64,000 nt of DNA from the human T2T-CHM13v2.0 reference genome, Homo sapiens, in the NCBI RefSeq assembly GCF_009914755.1, contig NC_060926.1; one strand, 5' to 3'. A program made the position numbers and the translations under genes. The notes beneath the pieces are model-generated. The model searched no databases and was not told the origin of the DNA. It saw nothing but the letters and a program-made list of their open reading frames with translations. How positions within the stretch are numbered: position 1 is the first letter of the stretch; the number at the start of each line of letters is the position of its first letter. This document shows positions 1 to 19,220 of this stretch, in pieces.

Positions 1-546
1 GAAAGCCATTATTTCTTATTTCAAGTGTTTTTTAAATCAATCATGCACATATTTTTTTTCTTGGACACACAACGCATGCACAGAGGCCATATAATTTGGT
101 TCCAAAGGACTTGGATATTTTCAAGCCATTGTGATGCAGAGTAACTGCCAAAAACTACATTCCTGTCTGAGAAAAAATATCGTTCATATCATTAGGACTT
201 TGGAATAAACAAACAATGACCCATACATTCTTTAAAAACCACTTAGAAATTAAAGGCCATGCCCTCAATCAGTCAAAAAGCATTCTCTCCTATCTTAAAC
301 GTGCAATCAGACCCCTCTGCTGACCTTTAATACCAAAAACGTGAGGAAGGAAGATTCACTTTGTTTACCTGTGTGTCATTTTGGTAATGGCTATCTTATA
401 TAGCTGACCTTGAATTTCTAATTTAGACTCTATTCACAGGCAGACCAGCATTCCACAAAGGTCACTCTGCAGAGCAAAGGATCCCAGGAACTATAATACA
501 GTACCCTAGAATCGTTTCTCTGCCTCCCAAAAGGCCTTTTGTTCTT

Positions 547-855
<309 letters not shown>

Positions 856-883
856 CCTTTTGTTCTTAAGTAAGAAATAAATA

Positions 884-1436
<553 letters not shown>

Positions 1437-1445
<9 letters not shown>

Positions 1446-1945
1446 AGAAGAAAGGAAGGAAAAAAAGGAAAAAAGAAAGGAAGAAAAAAAGAAAAAGGGA
1501 AGTGAGGGAGCAGAGGGAGGGAAGGAGGACAGGACAGGACAGAACAGGACAGGAAAGGGAGAGAGAGAGAGAGAGAAAGAGAAAGGGAGAGAGAGAGAAA
1601 GAGAAAGGGAGAGAGAGAGAAAGAGGAGGAGAGAGAGAGAGAAAGAAAGACAAAGACAGAAAGATGGATGGATGGATGAATGGATGGAAGGAAGGAAGGA
1701 AAAGAGAGAAAAAGAAGGGGGGAAGGAGGAAGAGAGAGAAAGAAAGATACATGTTTTTGGAAGGAAGGAAAGAAGGGAGGGAGAAAGAAAGAGAGGAGAG
1801 AGAGAAAGAAAGACAGAAAGAAAGGCAGAAAAGAGGGAAAGACAGAAAGGAACAAAGACAGGAAGACAGAAAGCAGGGAGGGAGGGAAGAGAAAAGGAAA
1901 GGGAAAGGGAAAGGGGAAGGGAGAGAGAGGGAGAGAGAGGGAGAA
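1437..1945 (+). repeat. Compound GA-rich low-complexity tract grown from an Alu tail: (GAAA)n, (GGACA)n, (GA)n, (GGAT)n, (GGAA)n, (GGGAAA)n
   Basis: Directly visible. Confidence 0.92.
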
Positions 1946-2039
1946 AGTCTTCTTCCTAAACTGGCTCTAAGGTAGTCAAAATTATTCTTCTGGCTGTTAA
2001 AATGCTAGTCCACCTAAAATCCTTACACCTTCAAAAGGT

Positions 2040-2368
2040 GTTTTTCTTTTCTTTCTTTCTTTCTTCCTTTTTTTTTTTTTAACTGAGACAGAGTCTTGCT
2101 CTGTCGCCCTGGCTGGAGTACAGTGGCGCGATCTCAGCTCTCTGCAACCTCTGCCTCCCAGGTTCAAAGCAATGCTCTTGCCTCAGCTTCCCAAGCAGCT
2201 GGGACTACAGGTGCCTGCCACCACACCTGGCTAATTTTTGTATTTTTAGTAGATACGGGGTTTCACCATGTTGGCAAGGCTGGCCTCAAACTCCTGACCT
2301 CAAGTGATCCACCCGCCTCAGCCTCCCAAAGTGCTAGCATTACAGGCATGAACCACCGTGCCCAGCCA
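2040..2368 (-). mobile_element. AluS/J
   Basis: Reverse Alu with T-rich tail. Confidence 0.88.
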
Positions 2369-3007
2369 AAGGTGTTTCACTTATTCATCTGCGAATACCA
2401 AGCCAGTGCCCAGTTACTATAAGGGACCGTTGTTGCTCTTCCAAGCATCTGCTGAACTTTTTCTTTTATTCCCTCCATTGAAAATTTAAATGTACCTACC
2501 CCCTACTATTAGTCCAGTAGGAAATCTAAGACTTGTTTTATTTTTCTTACCATACTCCCTAAACAATGTGATTACAAAGCAAAGTTATACCTATTAGCCA
2601 GAGGTTGCATGAAGGACCATTCAAATTCCAGTTAAATGCTATGTGGTTTAGAGACTATTACTTAACCCGGAGGAGTCCCAGAGCTAACTAACCTCTGGGA
2701 ATTGTGATAAAATTGAAGAATAATGCATATATAAAAACCTGACACATAGCAGGAGATCAAATACATGGTGATTATCTTCATGATGTTCAGACCATTTCTT
2801 TTCTACAATCCCCACTGCCACTTATCCATTTTGGCAAAATATGCAAAGCAAACATTTCTAATTCACTCTTGACTTCACTCAAGCAAAATCATCTCCCTTT
2901 TTTCATAGCATGCCCATCAAGTACCCATATAGTACTTATCAAAGCTAGTACCTCCCCTTTCAAGTCCATTCCTGTTCTTGCTCATTTGTATTCTCTTTCG
3001 TTCTTCA

Positions 3008-3600
<593 letters not shown>

Positions 3601-4249
3601 TTCTCTATGATCAGTTTTATGCTCTTTTGGATGCAATTTCTTCCAACACTGAAAAACTTGTAGGGCATTCCATTACTTAAACAGTCAAATAGCTGCTTAC
3701 ATGGCGACTTAAAGTCTCTCCCTTACTCCAGCCTGGGTGAGAATCAACTACCTGAAACTTAGACATGATCTAAGCCTGGTTTTTAAGGAAAGGTGGAGAG
3801 GGAGGCTAAATGCCTCCAGATGATTCTGATATGCCTCACAAAGAGATGACTGCTTATTTCCAGAATAGATTTAAAAAAAAATAAAAATGGTGGGGTATGT
3901 ACCCCACAATTCTTTTTTTTTTCTGGAAACAGGGTCTCACTCTGTCACCCAGGTGGGAGTACACAATCCACTTTAGTACACATTTTGACACACTGAGAAA
4001 CCTGGCCCAGTAGCCTTCACCCATTACAATGCAAAGACACTCAGCCAATGCACCCTCAACTAATGTCTCTTAAAATGACAAATAAACTGTTTATCCCTCT
4101 GTGGCCTCTCTACCACTGTTTGGCTGTTTGGGTACAATTTAAATCCATAACAGGTCATCAAAGGCAAGTAGTGATAGTGCTGTAATGCTGGATCAACCAC
4201 AAAGAAACAAAAGAAGGCTATCACACTGGATGCTATAAAATGATCATAA

Positions 4250-4475
4250 AGCTAACAAGTACTTACTGTATGTCAGCACTTACGATACGTCAACCACTTT
4301 CTACACATGAACTCTTTTACCCTCACGACAACCCTATGGATCAACACTGTCCCCATTTTGCAGAAGAAAAACTATGGAGAGATTAAGAAACTTATCCAGT
4401 ACCACACAGCTAGTGACGGAAGGTCTAAAGGGAGGAGTGTGAATTCTAACCCAAACAGTCTGGTCCCAGGTTAAC
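4250..4475 (-). mobile_element. MIR fragment
   Basis: CCTCACGACAACCCTATG...CCCCATTTTGCAGAAGAAAAACT core. Confidence 0.65.
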
Positions 4476-4900
4476 TTTTCAATTATAAATTGCCTATTTT
4501 ACATAGCTGGAGTCACCTTCAAATAAAAGAAGAGAAAGAAGAACACCAACTAGAAACTGACGAGGGGAAGCCCCAACATTACAAAATGCTTTCAAGACAT
4601 CTCTGTAGCTTGAGAGCATTTGTCAGCAGGTTACAAAAAACAACAGATGGAATAGCCAGAGGTAGGTCATGATTTCAGAGGATGTGCAGGTACAGAAAGC
4701 AACTGCGAAGTGAGATTTAGAACACAGCTCCACAGAGACTAAGTATACTTGCTCTCCTTTGCCAGCGTTCCCATTTCTAGGACCGCATCCCCTGCCCTAA
4801 ACAGGGTATATCTAATTTTGGAGATAGGAAAAAACAAAAAACAGATCAATTTTCCTTATAGAAAGCAATCAAGAGCTCAGTCTATAAAAATAAGTCTTTT

Positions 4901-5199
4901 GGCCAGGCATGGTGGCTACTGCCTTTATCCCAGCACTTTGGGAGGCCGAAGCGGGCAGATCACGAGGTCAAGAGATCGAGACCATCCTGGCCAACATGGT
5001 GAAACACCATCTCTACTAAAAATACAAAATTAGCTGGGCACGGTCGTGCGTACCTGTAGTCCCAGCTGCTCAGGAGACTGAGCCAGGAGAATCGCTTGAA
5101 CCCAGGAGGCAGAGGCGGTTGCAGTGAGCCGAGATCGTGCCACAGCACTCCAGCCTGAGCAACAGAGCAAGACTCCATCTCAAAAAAAAAAAAAAAAAA
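4901..5199 (+). mobile_element. AluSc-like
   Basis: GATCACGAGGTCAAGAGATCGAGACCATCCTGGCC; A tail. Confidence 0.88.
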
Positions 5200-5410
5200 G
5201 TCTTTCAACCAAGATACTTAAGGTTTCTCAAGAGCACAGCTACTTGGGGGAAAAAATAGTGACTTCTGGATGGCTTCCCATTCTGCCACACTCAACCTGA
5301 CCACTCTACTTGCTCCTTTAGTTAAAGATAACAGACATGGGCAGAAAGAAACAAACACATACATAATACAAACATAGCTGACATGTACTTTGACGTTTTT
5401 GAGGACCCTA

Positions 5411-5710
5411 TTCTTTTTTTCTTTTTTTGAGACATAGTCTCCTTCTGTCATCCAGGCTGGAATGCAGTGGCATGATCTCGGCTCACTGCAACCTCAGCCT
5501 CCCAGTTCAAGCAATTCTCCTGCCTCAGCCACCCAAGTAGCTGGGATTCCAGGCACACGCCACCACGCCCAGCTAATTTTTGTATTTTTAATAGAGATGG
5601 GGTTTCACCGTGTTGGCCAGGCTGGTCTCAAATGCCTGACCTGAAGTGATCCACCCACCTCAGCTTCCCAAAGTGCTGGGATTACAGGAGTGAGACACTG
5701 CACCTAGCCC
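5411..5710 (-). mobile_element. AluS
   Basis: Full reverse Alu. Confidence 0.88.
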
Positions 5711-6242
5711 CTGTTCTTTAAAAAGAAAGAAAAATTTTAAATCCTAGATGTATTATTTAAAAATTTTCCAACAATAAAAAACTTACAAAGTAGTAATCCC
5801 TATAATTCTCTCCACCCCCCTTAAAAAATACACTATTAATAGTTTGGCATATGCCATACCAGATTTTTCTCTATGCGTTGGCATAAGGTTTTCTTAAACT
5901 AAACTATGTTCAATATGAATTTAAAAATAAAAAAAAAAAGACAACTGTCCTGAGTGTGCATGAATGTGTTTCCATTGTGTCCACATCCACCTGTGCTTTG
6001 GGGCCCTGTGAGCATAAATCCTCCTCCTTCATTGTATATGAAGAGCTGCACGTTGAAGCCCCTGAGGCCTAGGTTAGTAGCTACACTTAGCCCCCATGCA
6101 GTATGTACTGTGAAGCGCACTGCTTTCTCCCAGCTGCTCTGAGCATACTTTTCTCAAAGTAGCATGACCAAGCAAGTTGGCTGATCCTGGCTAAAATAAA
6201 GTATCCCAGGGAAGAAAGATGTGGTCTTAAGAGAATAGATCT

Positions 6243-6567
<325 letters not shown>

Positions 6568-6830
6568 TTAAGGGGTAAGAGGTATGCAGGGAATCCTGCC
6601 CTCCCCCCATCCTTAGAACATCCCCCTGCCTGGATCCAGGGCAGGGCTGGAAATTGGGCCTGGAGCTTTCCCTTTCCTAATCCCCCTACCACATCCTCCT
6701 CTTAATTTCCTTAACACCTCACCTCCCCTTCCCTTCTCATTTTAAAACCCCTCCATTTGGGACCTCTAACAGAAGAGCACAAACTGGCTCTTAGAAGAAT
6801 ATGTGATGAATAAACAAGAAGCTCAATGTC

Positions 6831-7488
<658 letters not shown>

Positions 7489-8630
7489 TCACCAGTTTAA
7501 CTCCCATTCCCTATAACATAATACCCAGTGATGGTTTTAAATAAGACAGGTTATGTGGTAAGTGTATGTCTGAAGTCTTAAAGCAGAATATAATCCCTTA
7601 TACATATCAATACCTAAAGAATTCAAACTTCACATTTATACAGAAAAAATGGCAACATGCCCATAAAAATACTAGTATTTTGGTAGAATTACAAAATTTA
7701 GTATAATCACTAAGGATAAATCCTCGATTTAAAGAGGTTGGGAAAGCTGGAAAAGTTCTTGCTTGATGACACAGCTGAAAGCCCAAATAATGAAGATCAT
7801 CAGAAGAAAAAATAAACAAAATAAAGTACAAACACAGAGACATATTATGCCAAGCACTGGGCAGTGCCTGGGCATGCCTCAGGTCTCCATGAAGTATGCA
7901 GTAGTCTCCTCTTATGGACAAGAAATGAAGGCTCAATGGCACATCTAAATCCACACAAATAGTAAGTAGAGAGCTGTGATACAAACCCTAACCTCTGATC
8001 CCAATGCCTGAGGCTTCCACTAGACCCCTGAGGCCTCCCCCAACCAATCTAAAGTATGAAGTTCATGATTCCCCCAGTGGTCACACATGGGCCATTTGCC
8101 CCCAGTCGAGCCACTCTTCTTTTAGGAGACTTGGCACTCCTTGCCCTGTCCCTTTACATGAGTGGGAGCGACCATTTTCGTGCACAGCCATGTCTCCCCG
8201 GCTACAATGCATAGGCTGAGGGTTTATGGGGATTGTTTGGGGATTTGTGATTGTTTTACTCCAAGCTGGGAAGAGAGAAACTCAGTCTTCTGATAGTGGA
8301 GCTGCAAGATGTGAGTTGGGGTCATAAACAGCATGAACACAACACTGAAGAGAGGCCTGCATCCAAAAATGCAGCCACGGGGCAGACAGAAACACAGTTC
8401 TCGCCACCAAGTCCCCAGTGCTGTCTCCAGAGTGATCTCAACCACCACGCTGGCCAGTGACGTGCCCATCCATCTGACTTGCCTCCTATGATGAGAAAGA
8501 TTACTGACCATCATTTTCTTTACAAAGGTGTTTTTTGAAAAACATTCTTTAGTTTAGGCTAGAATCAAATGGAGAATCAAATAAGATCACACACTTACCC
8601 CTCACTACCCAACAAAAACATACCACTATA

Positions 8631-8930
8631 GGCCGGGTGCGGTGGCTCACGCCTGTTATCCCAGCACTTTGGGAGGCCAAGGCGGGCAGACCACCTAAGG
8701 TCAAGAGTTTGAGATCCGCCTGGCCAACATGGTAAAACCCTGTCTCTACTAAAAATACAAAAATTAGCCGGGTGTGGTGGTGCACGCCTGTAGTCTCAGC
8801 TACTCAGGAGGCTGAGGCAGGAGAATTGCTTGAACCTAGGAGGCAGAGGTTGCGGTGAGCCAAGGCCGTACCATTGCACTCCAGCCTGGGTGACAAGAAT
8901 GAAACTCTGTCTCAAAAAAAAAAAAAAAAA
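8631..8930 (+). mobile_element. AluS
   Basis: Full Alu with A tail. Confidence 0.88.
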
Positions 8931-10088
8931 ACACACTATTATTTAACAGTATTATTTGCCATCTTCCAGTTTAGCCCAGTTAAGATGAGCTGATATTTAT
9001 TAGGTTATAGTAGGTGTGAAAGCACTTGGAAAAAAGAGTGGAATATTCAAAAGAAATAGATTTTGATGTTTTTTTCTCACAACTCTATTGGGAGATAAAT
9101 CAATATTATCCTCATTTTGTGGAGAAAAAAAAAAGATAACTGGATTAAACAACAACAAATAGACCCAAATAGATCCATTTCAATGTGAACATCGTTGAGG
9201 TATCAGGTCTTCCTCCTCCTTCATATAGGCATCTCCTGCTCTACTGATGTTTAATACACCTTAGACAGACAATTTTCATCAATCAGTTAAAGGGGAAATG
9301 AGATCAACAAAAATAAAACTATTTTATTTACCTTATTTCCTCTTAAAATGTGCTCTTATCTGAAAGATTACAAGCAGAAGAAATAGTCTCCATTGCTGCT
9401 CCTAGAAGCAAACAGGTATCTTTGGCCCATTCCAAAGGAAAAATATCAAGAGAAATGGTAACATCCAGGATTAATATGGAGGCACTCCTGCAACACTGAC
9501 AGGTGGGCAATCTGCCGAACTTTGAACCAGCAATTCAGCCTTTCAGAACTTCCAGCACAGAGGTACACAAGAGGGCAGAAACACGTATGTACAGGGATGA
9601 TCAAGTGCAGTGATGCTATGGCCAAAAGATGAGAAACCACTTGGATGACAGCAACCACGTACAGAAAAAGAAATGAAAGCTACAAATGTATAGAAGAGAA
9701 TATTACATTAAAAATATTTTAAATCATCTTATAAGTGATATAACTTACTCAGTGCTAAGATGATCATGACACATGTTAAACAGCTGACAAAATAGCATGA
9801 TCGGTCTTATCTAAATATTCTTTCCATCTTTTTTCTACAGATATAAACAATAAGATAATTATCTCAGGGCAAAAGACTGAGTGATTTTAATTTTTTCATT
9901 ACAACTTTTAAAAAATATGTTCCTGTTTATACAATAAGTACATATTGCTTTTACTGTAATAAAAACAAATTATTATCATTTGCAAAAATCATCTAAGCAG
10001 CCTCCAGAAATGTGTTTGAAAAAGGTTGTTCCCAAGCTATATGTATAAATCACAAAGAACATAAGCTTAGGATTCTCAACCAAAGTAA

Positions 10089-10448
<360 letters not shown>

Positions 10449-11869
10449 AAATTATTTGATTTTTAAAAATTACTTCTCTAAATCAAAAAGAAGTCAAATG
10501 CACCATGCAGAAAAAGAACTTGGACATCTTTTTTTACAAGGCTATCCATAGCCAATAAATTGTATCATGAAGCCTGAAATCTCAAACAATTATCAAATTC
10601 ATCCCAGTCCTTTATATATGCACACTAATACCAAAAACCACTAGGTTGTCCTCCTCCCTAATGACATTACTCAAATTTGCTTCTCCCTCACTTCCTCTTA
10701 GTCCTAGTCCACAATGCCTTCATCAGACAATCTTCAGCACCCACTGCTGCGGTGTGTGGGTGAGACCCAGACACCTCTCCCTGAGGTCTTTCAATGGCTT
10801 CGATTGCCCTGCGAATCAGTACTAAATTCCTATACTACAGTGCTGCAGGGAAGTCTCTCTTGATTGCCCTCAGGGCTCCTCCACCTAGGAAACGTGCTCA
10901 GCCTCGCTGGTGCACAACCAGGCCACTTGTATCTCAGAATTTTATCTCTATTAAGGACGCCTGAACATCTTCCTTCATGGAGCCGGCTGGGCTATCTCTT
11001 GTCCCTCATCCAAAAGAATCCTAAAGGCCATCTCATCCACAAAGCTTTTAAGGATGTTTAAACACCAAGAGATTCCTACCAGTCATCAAAGAACTTCTTC
11101 CCCATTTATAACCACACCTATTTGTTCCATAATGGACAGCCATCTCTAACAGCTCCTTCTTTGCCCCTCCCCAAAATCCCATGTAAAATGCAGCTGTAGA
11201 TCAAATAATTCTTCCAGGTTGACCTCCCATTCTCTACTTCGAGCCATTTTCATCTGATTTCTCTGGATTTCTTACCATGGTCCTTGTCACAGACTCTCCC
11301 TCTACCTAACCTGTTCAATAGATAACTTGGCAGGGCCACCAGCTTGGTTTTCTTTTTACTCCAATGCTGTCTGACAATTCCCCCTTAACCCACAGTTCAA
11401 GCTGGTGAGTTCTGTCTATAGCTGAATAACCTGGATCTCACTTATACTCAGATTGTGTCATCCATTTGCATGTTTTGCTTTTCTTCCCCTCCCACAAAGC
11501 GTCCTTTAATATCCTGCTAACTCCAGGAAGATATTTTGCTATTACATGTCTTTTTGTATTCCCTTCATAATATTTATGAAAACTTTCAGGTAGCCATCGC
11601 TCCATTTTTACTTCAGGCTCAAACCAAACTTCATCGCATTTTTATATGTTCACAAAATTATTAGGTTGCCTTAAACAATGTATGAATATAAATGTACCTA
11701 AGTAACATTAATTTTAAACACTTTTTTCTCCTTCAAAGCAGTTCCTTTTTGTGATAACTATCAAAATATTCTATTTTGATAGAACTTCATTCTTTCTATA
11801 CATTTCAAAAATATATGAAGCCAACATAGGATATACATTTCAAAAACATATGAAGCCAACTAATAAATG

Positions 11870-14250
<2,381 letters not shown>

Positions 14251-14479
14251 AGTATATATGGTCATGATTCTAACAGGACCAAAGAACTATTTTAAATATA
14301 TTCATCTTAAATATTTTTCATTAAAGTCTAACTCAAAATTCCCTCCCTTTAAGAAATCAACTGTGGGGTACGTCCTTACACCCTTTTCTTTTATGCTCCA
14401 ATAAATGCTACTATTACCTCTGCTACAAAATTATAAAGAAAATACTGCATATTGCTTCAGCAGTGGGTGCTACAGTCAG

Positions 14480-14690
14480 ACTATTCCGACTAACATCCTG
14501 CCTCTGACACTTTCTAGTCATGTAACCTCGGGCAAGTTTCTTCAGTGTCCCCACTTAAAGAATAGGAATAATCACAGGGCTTATCATACAGCATCTATGT
14601 TATAATTACACCAGGCAATGCATGCAAAACACTTAACAGTGTCTAGCACATAATGGCGCTTAATAAGTGTTAGCTACTAGTAAACATTAG
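14480..14690 (+). mobile_element. MIR fragment
   Basis: TGTAACCTCGGGCAAGTT...AAAACACTTAACAGTGTCTAGCACATAA. Confidence 0.65.
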
Positions 14691-15159
14691 CTGTTAATCA
14701 TTAGCCTCATTGTTAGGTCCACGTTCTCACTCCAGCTGTTTTACTTTCTGCCTTGACATTCAATTTATTACTTCTTCTGTTGCATGTATCCTTATTTAAA
14801 TTTTAGTTTTCTGAAACAAGGGAAAGTATAAGTGTTAAAAATTTTACAATCAAGTGAAATCTTCCTAAAACAGGGGGCCTCAGTCAATGGATTGTTTTAT
14901 ACCAGTCAGTTTTTAACTCACCCTTCACAGACTTCCCAGCCAGCTGCTGCTCTACTCAGGGACTTTATTATCAACACTGAACAACTGATGGATTCATATC
15001 TTATTACAAGAGACCCAAGGCCTCTGTTCCAGAGCACAGGCTAACTGACTAGGCCACAAGAAAACATGTAACCTCAGTCCCACATAAAAGTTAACTTTCC
15101 TCAGATTTTATGAGTATTTGGTCCCATAATATACATTTTCGTCAACTTCCTTTTACTGA

Positions 15160-15360
15160 CCACATGCTACATATTAAAAGCACTACATGGGCTTATATAC
15201 ATGGGCTTACTGAATCCTCTATGTAGTAAATATCATCAGACCCCTTTTACAGATGAGGAAATACATTCTAGAGAGAAAGCTACCTGCTCAAATATATGAG
15301 TGGCAGAGCCAGAAGAGGAATCCAGACAATTCACACTCAAATCTAAAATACTTTCAGTAC
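15160..15360 (-). mobile_element. MIR fragment
   Basis: TTTTACAGATGAGGAAA...GTGGCAGAGCCAG. Confidence 0.6.
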
Positions 15361-16399
15361 ACTTTGTTGCCCTTGCATATAGGTAAACACATTTAGGAAG
15401 AAATGCCACTAATTACATACATCAAGGACACCATTTTTACCAACAATCCATATAAATTTTCTTGACATAACCTTTCCTAAGGTTTTTTGCTTTTGCTTAG
15501 TGCTGCTAACTGTAGCTTTTCTACTTATGACAGAGGCACCTGTCTTTTTAGATTAAACCATGGAAATTCACCTCCTACAGCCAATAGGACAAACACTGCA
15601 AGGAAAACCTGGAAAAAAATGGACAGTCTCTGAAAAGATGTGTCACTTGGTGGCAGTAGCGAGGAGACTGCCAGAAAAGGAAACAGAAGTCACTTAATCT
15701 GAATCCAATAATCTTTTCTGGCTCTCCTCTCAAGGACACAAGCGGGAAAATAAAAACCTCGATGAAAGCCAAGGTTTTGGAGATAGGCAAAGGAAATGAG
15801 AGGAACCTCCCTTATCTGTCAACACAGTCTCCTCCTGCCCATAAACACACTTGATCTAGCGGTAACATGTGCTCTGTAAAGCAGCTTAGGAGAGACTACA
15901 TCTTTTACAGTCTACCAAGGAAGTGCTAACCAGAAAGGGAGAAACAGGAAAGGAAGAGAGACTTTCTCAGAACCCTCTGCAGCTTACACCTTTTGGTTCT
16001 TCATAACCCTCTTTAATCCCACTTCTCTGTCAAGGCCTCTCCAACTAAGCATACCCTAATGTTTCTTCTTTCTCCGCATGACAGAATTTATACAAATTCC
16101 TATGATGCAATTTAGCACTGACTTATTTCCTATCCTACACTGTGCACCGCCCTCTCATGTGCCCTCCCCGTTCCTCCAATCAGACCACAGGGCAGAAGAA
16201 AAGGAAGCTCTGGGTTAATAGGGAACCCACAAATTTCAAATATAAGGCAGCACGGAATGGGCCTTGAGACAAATGTACACGGAGATGAAGCCCACACAGA
16301 CTGGACAGACCTAGACAGCTTAGACACTGGGCCGGGACCGTACCCAGTTTTTCCCTACTGTGTAAGTACAGCAACTGGCACATCATACGTGTTTAATTA

Positions 16400-16625
16400 A
16401 CTCTGGTTGTTGCATAAGGACTTGAGTTCAAGTCTCAGAAATCTTAATTACTAGTTTTATCACCTTGAACAAGTTAGCTAATTTTTTGAGCATCAGTCTT
16501 CTCATTTGTAAAATGGGAAAAATAATGTCTACCTCATATGGTAATTACAATTTAAAAAATGAACACATATTTAGCACAATTTCTGGCTCACAGTAAATGC
16601 ACCACAGCCATAGACTATCATTATT
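16400..16625 (+). mobile_element. MIR fragment
   Basis: ACCTTGAACAAGTTA...CTCATTTGTAAAATGGG. Confidence 0.65.
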
Positions 16626-16643
16626 ATTGTACAGTATTAAATA

Positions 16644-16983
16644 CAGGTCCACAATTGCTTATCCAAAACTCTAGAGGCCAGGTATATTCTGGAATAAAGA
16701 ATTTTTCAGATTTTTAGGAAGATAAAATAGTGCACGGAGAGAGAGATAGTGTGTATGTGTGTGTGTATGTGTAATATAGCCCCTTGAATAGAATCCGGGG
16801 CAGCAACTCACAATCAAGCACATTAATATTTTTGTAGTGAAACATAGCCTAGCCAGGTACATACAGACTATAAATAGTCTCATGTTAGTTCACTTCAGGT
16901 CAAATGGCAAATTAGTAATTAAAAACACTAGGCTTTCAGAGTGCTTTGAATTTTGAAACTGCGGAGAAAGGCCTGTGGGACTG
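16644..16983. mobile_element. TcMar-Tigger-derived MITE (MER46-like)
   Basis: TA-flanked degenerate terminal inverted repeats CAGGTCCACAATTGCTTATCC and GGAGAAAGGCCTGTGGGACTG. Confidence 0.6.
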
Positions 16984-17634
16984 TATTCACAAAAAGCACC
17001 AAGCCCCTGCTAAGAAACGTTGTTTCCAATGATCCCAGTAAAGGTACAGGTACTTGCACTGGTGTGGTGTGGATGTGAGGCTGCATGTTACTGCACTGCT
17101 GCGCAGAATCAAAGCTGTCAAGATGACCTGAGAAAGCTGCGTAGCATAAGTCCCCCCCCAATTCCCTCCAGTTGCATAGCCCAGGCGGTCTCTCCAAGAC
17201 AGGTCATTCTTAACATTTCATCCCTTCTCACCTGATGAGGGAAGAAGGAAGAACAGAAGCAGCTGGAAGTGAGTGCAAGAACCTATCCCCACCACTTTTC
17301 CCTTTCTGCAAGTTTTAAGGCAGACAGGAAGAGGAGACCAGATCAATGAGGACAGCCATATTCAAAATTTGGGGTTATTTTTATTATTTAATGTCTCCTT
17401 CCAGGATTCCCATGGTCACTATGACAACAGGGAACCTTCACAAATCCTTCCATGTTGAACAGCACCGCCATGGTGTAGCATAGTGCTGTTCTGAATGTAT
17501 GCTTATTTAAATAACCAATTACTCAACCCACAGATGGCTTCTACTACCAAAGAAAGTTCAAGGCCAGCTCACTGTAGATGATTAGCAGTAAGCTAACAGA
17601 ATTCAAACTGATCCCAATATGAGTCTGAGTGAGA

Positions 17635-17833
17635 GAGGCAAGTTTTTCTGAAATATCACATAAGGTAGTCAAGTTTTACTGGAACACAGCCAAGCCTGTT
17701 CATTTACCTATTACCTGTCACTGCTTTTGCAATACAACGATTCATATTAGTTGAATATTTCAAAGAGCATATGGTCTCACAAAGCCCAAAATAGGTACTA
17801 TCTGGGTTTTAAGGAAAAGTTTACTAAACCCTG
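17635..17833. mobile_element. hAT-Charlie MITE (MER58-like); MIR follows at ~17850-18050
   Basis: GTTTTACTGGAACACAGCCA...CACAAAGCCCAAAATA...AAAAGTTTACTAAACCCTG motifs. Confidence 0.6.
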
Positions 17834-18056
17834 TTCTTATGAAAGCAGCACTATCCAGAAAATCAGAGACCTATATTTAAATCCAGTTCCATAATCACTA
17901 GTTAAAATTGCCTCATTATTTCTAAGCCTCAGTTACTTCCTGTATAAAAATTAGGATACCACTATCTATTTACCCTGCAGGGTTGTTATAAAGACTACAT
18001 GAGATAAGACAGAGAACATACCTGAAACTAAGTAAGGAATAAATGGTAGCCATTAA

Positions 18057-19220
<1,164 letters not shown>

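Noticed and set aside
9332-9401. 70-nt minus-strand pseudo-exon (TTCTAG|...AAG|GTAAAT) with an in-frame stop
   Set aside because: Short pyrimidine tract and moderate donor; such pseudo-exons are common in long introns and sequence alone cannot support it.
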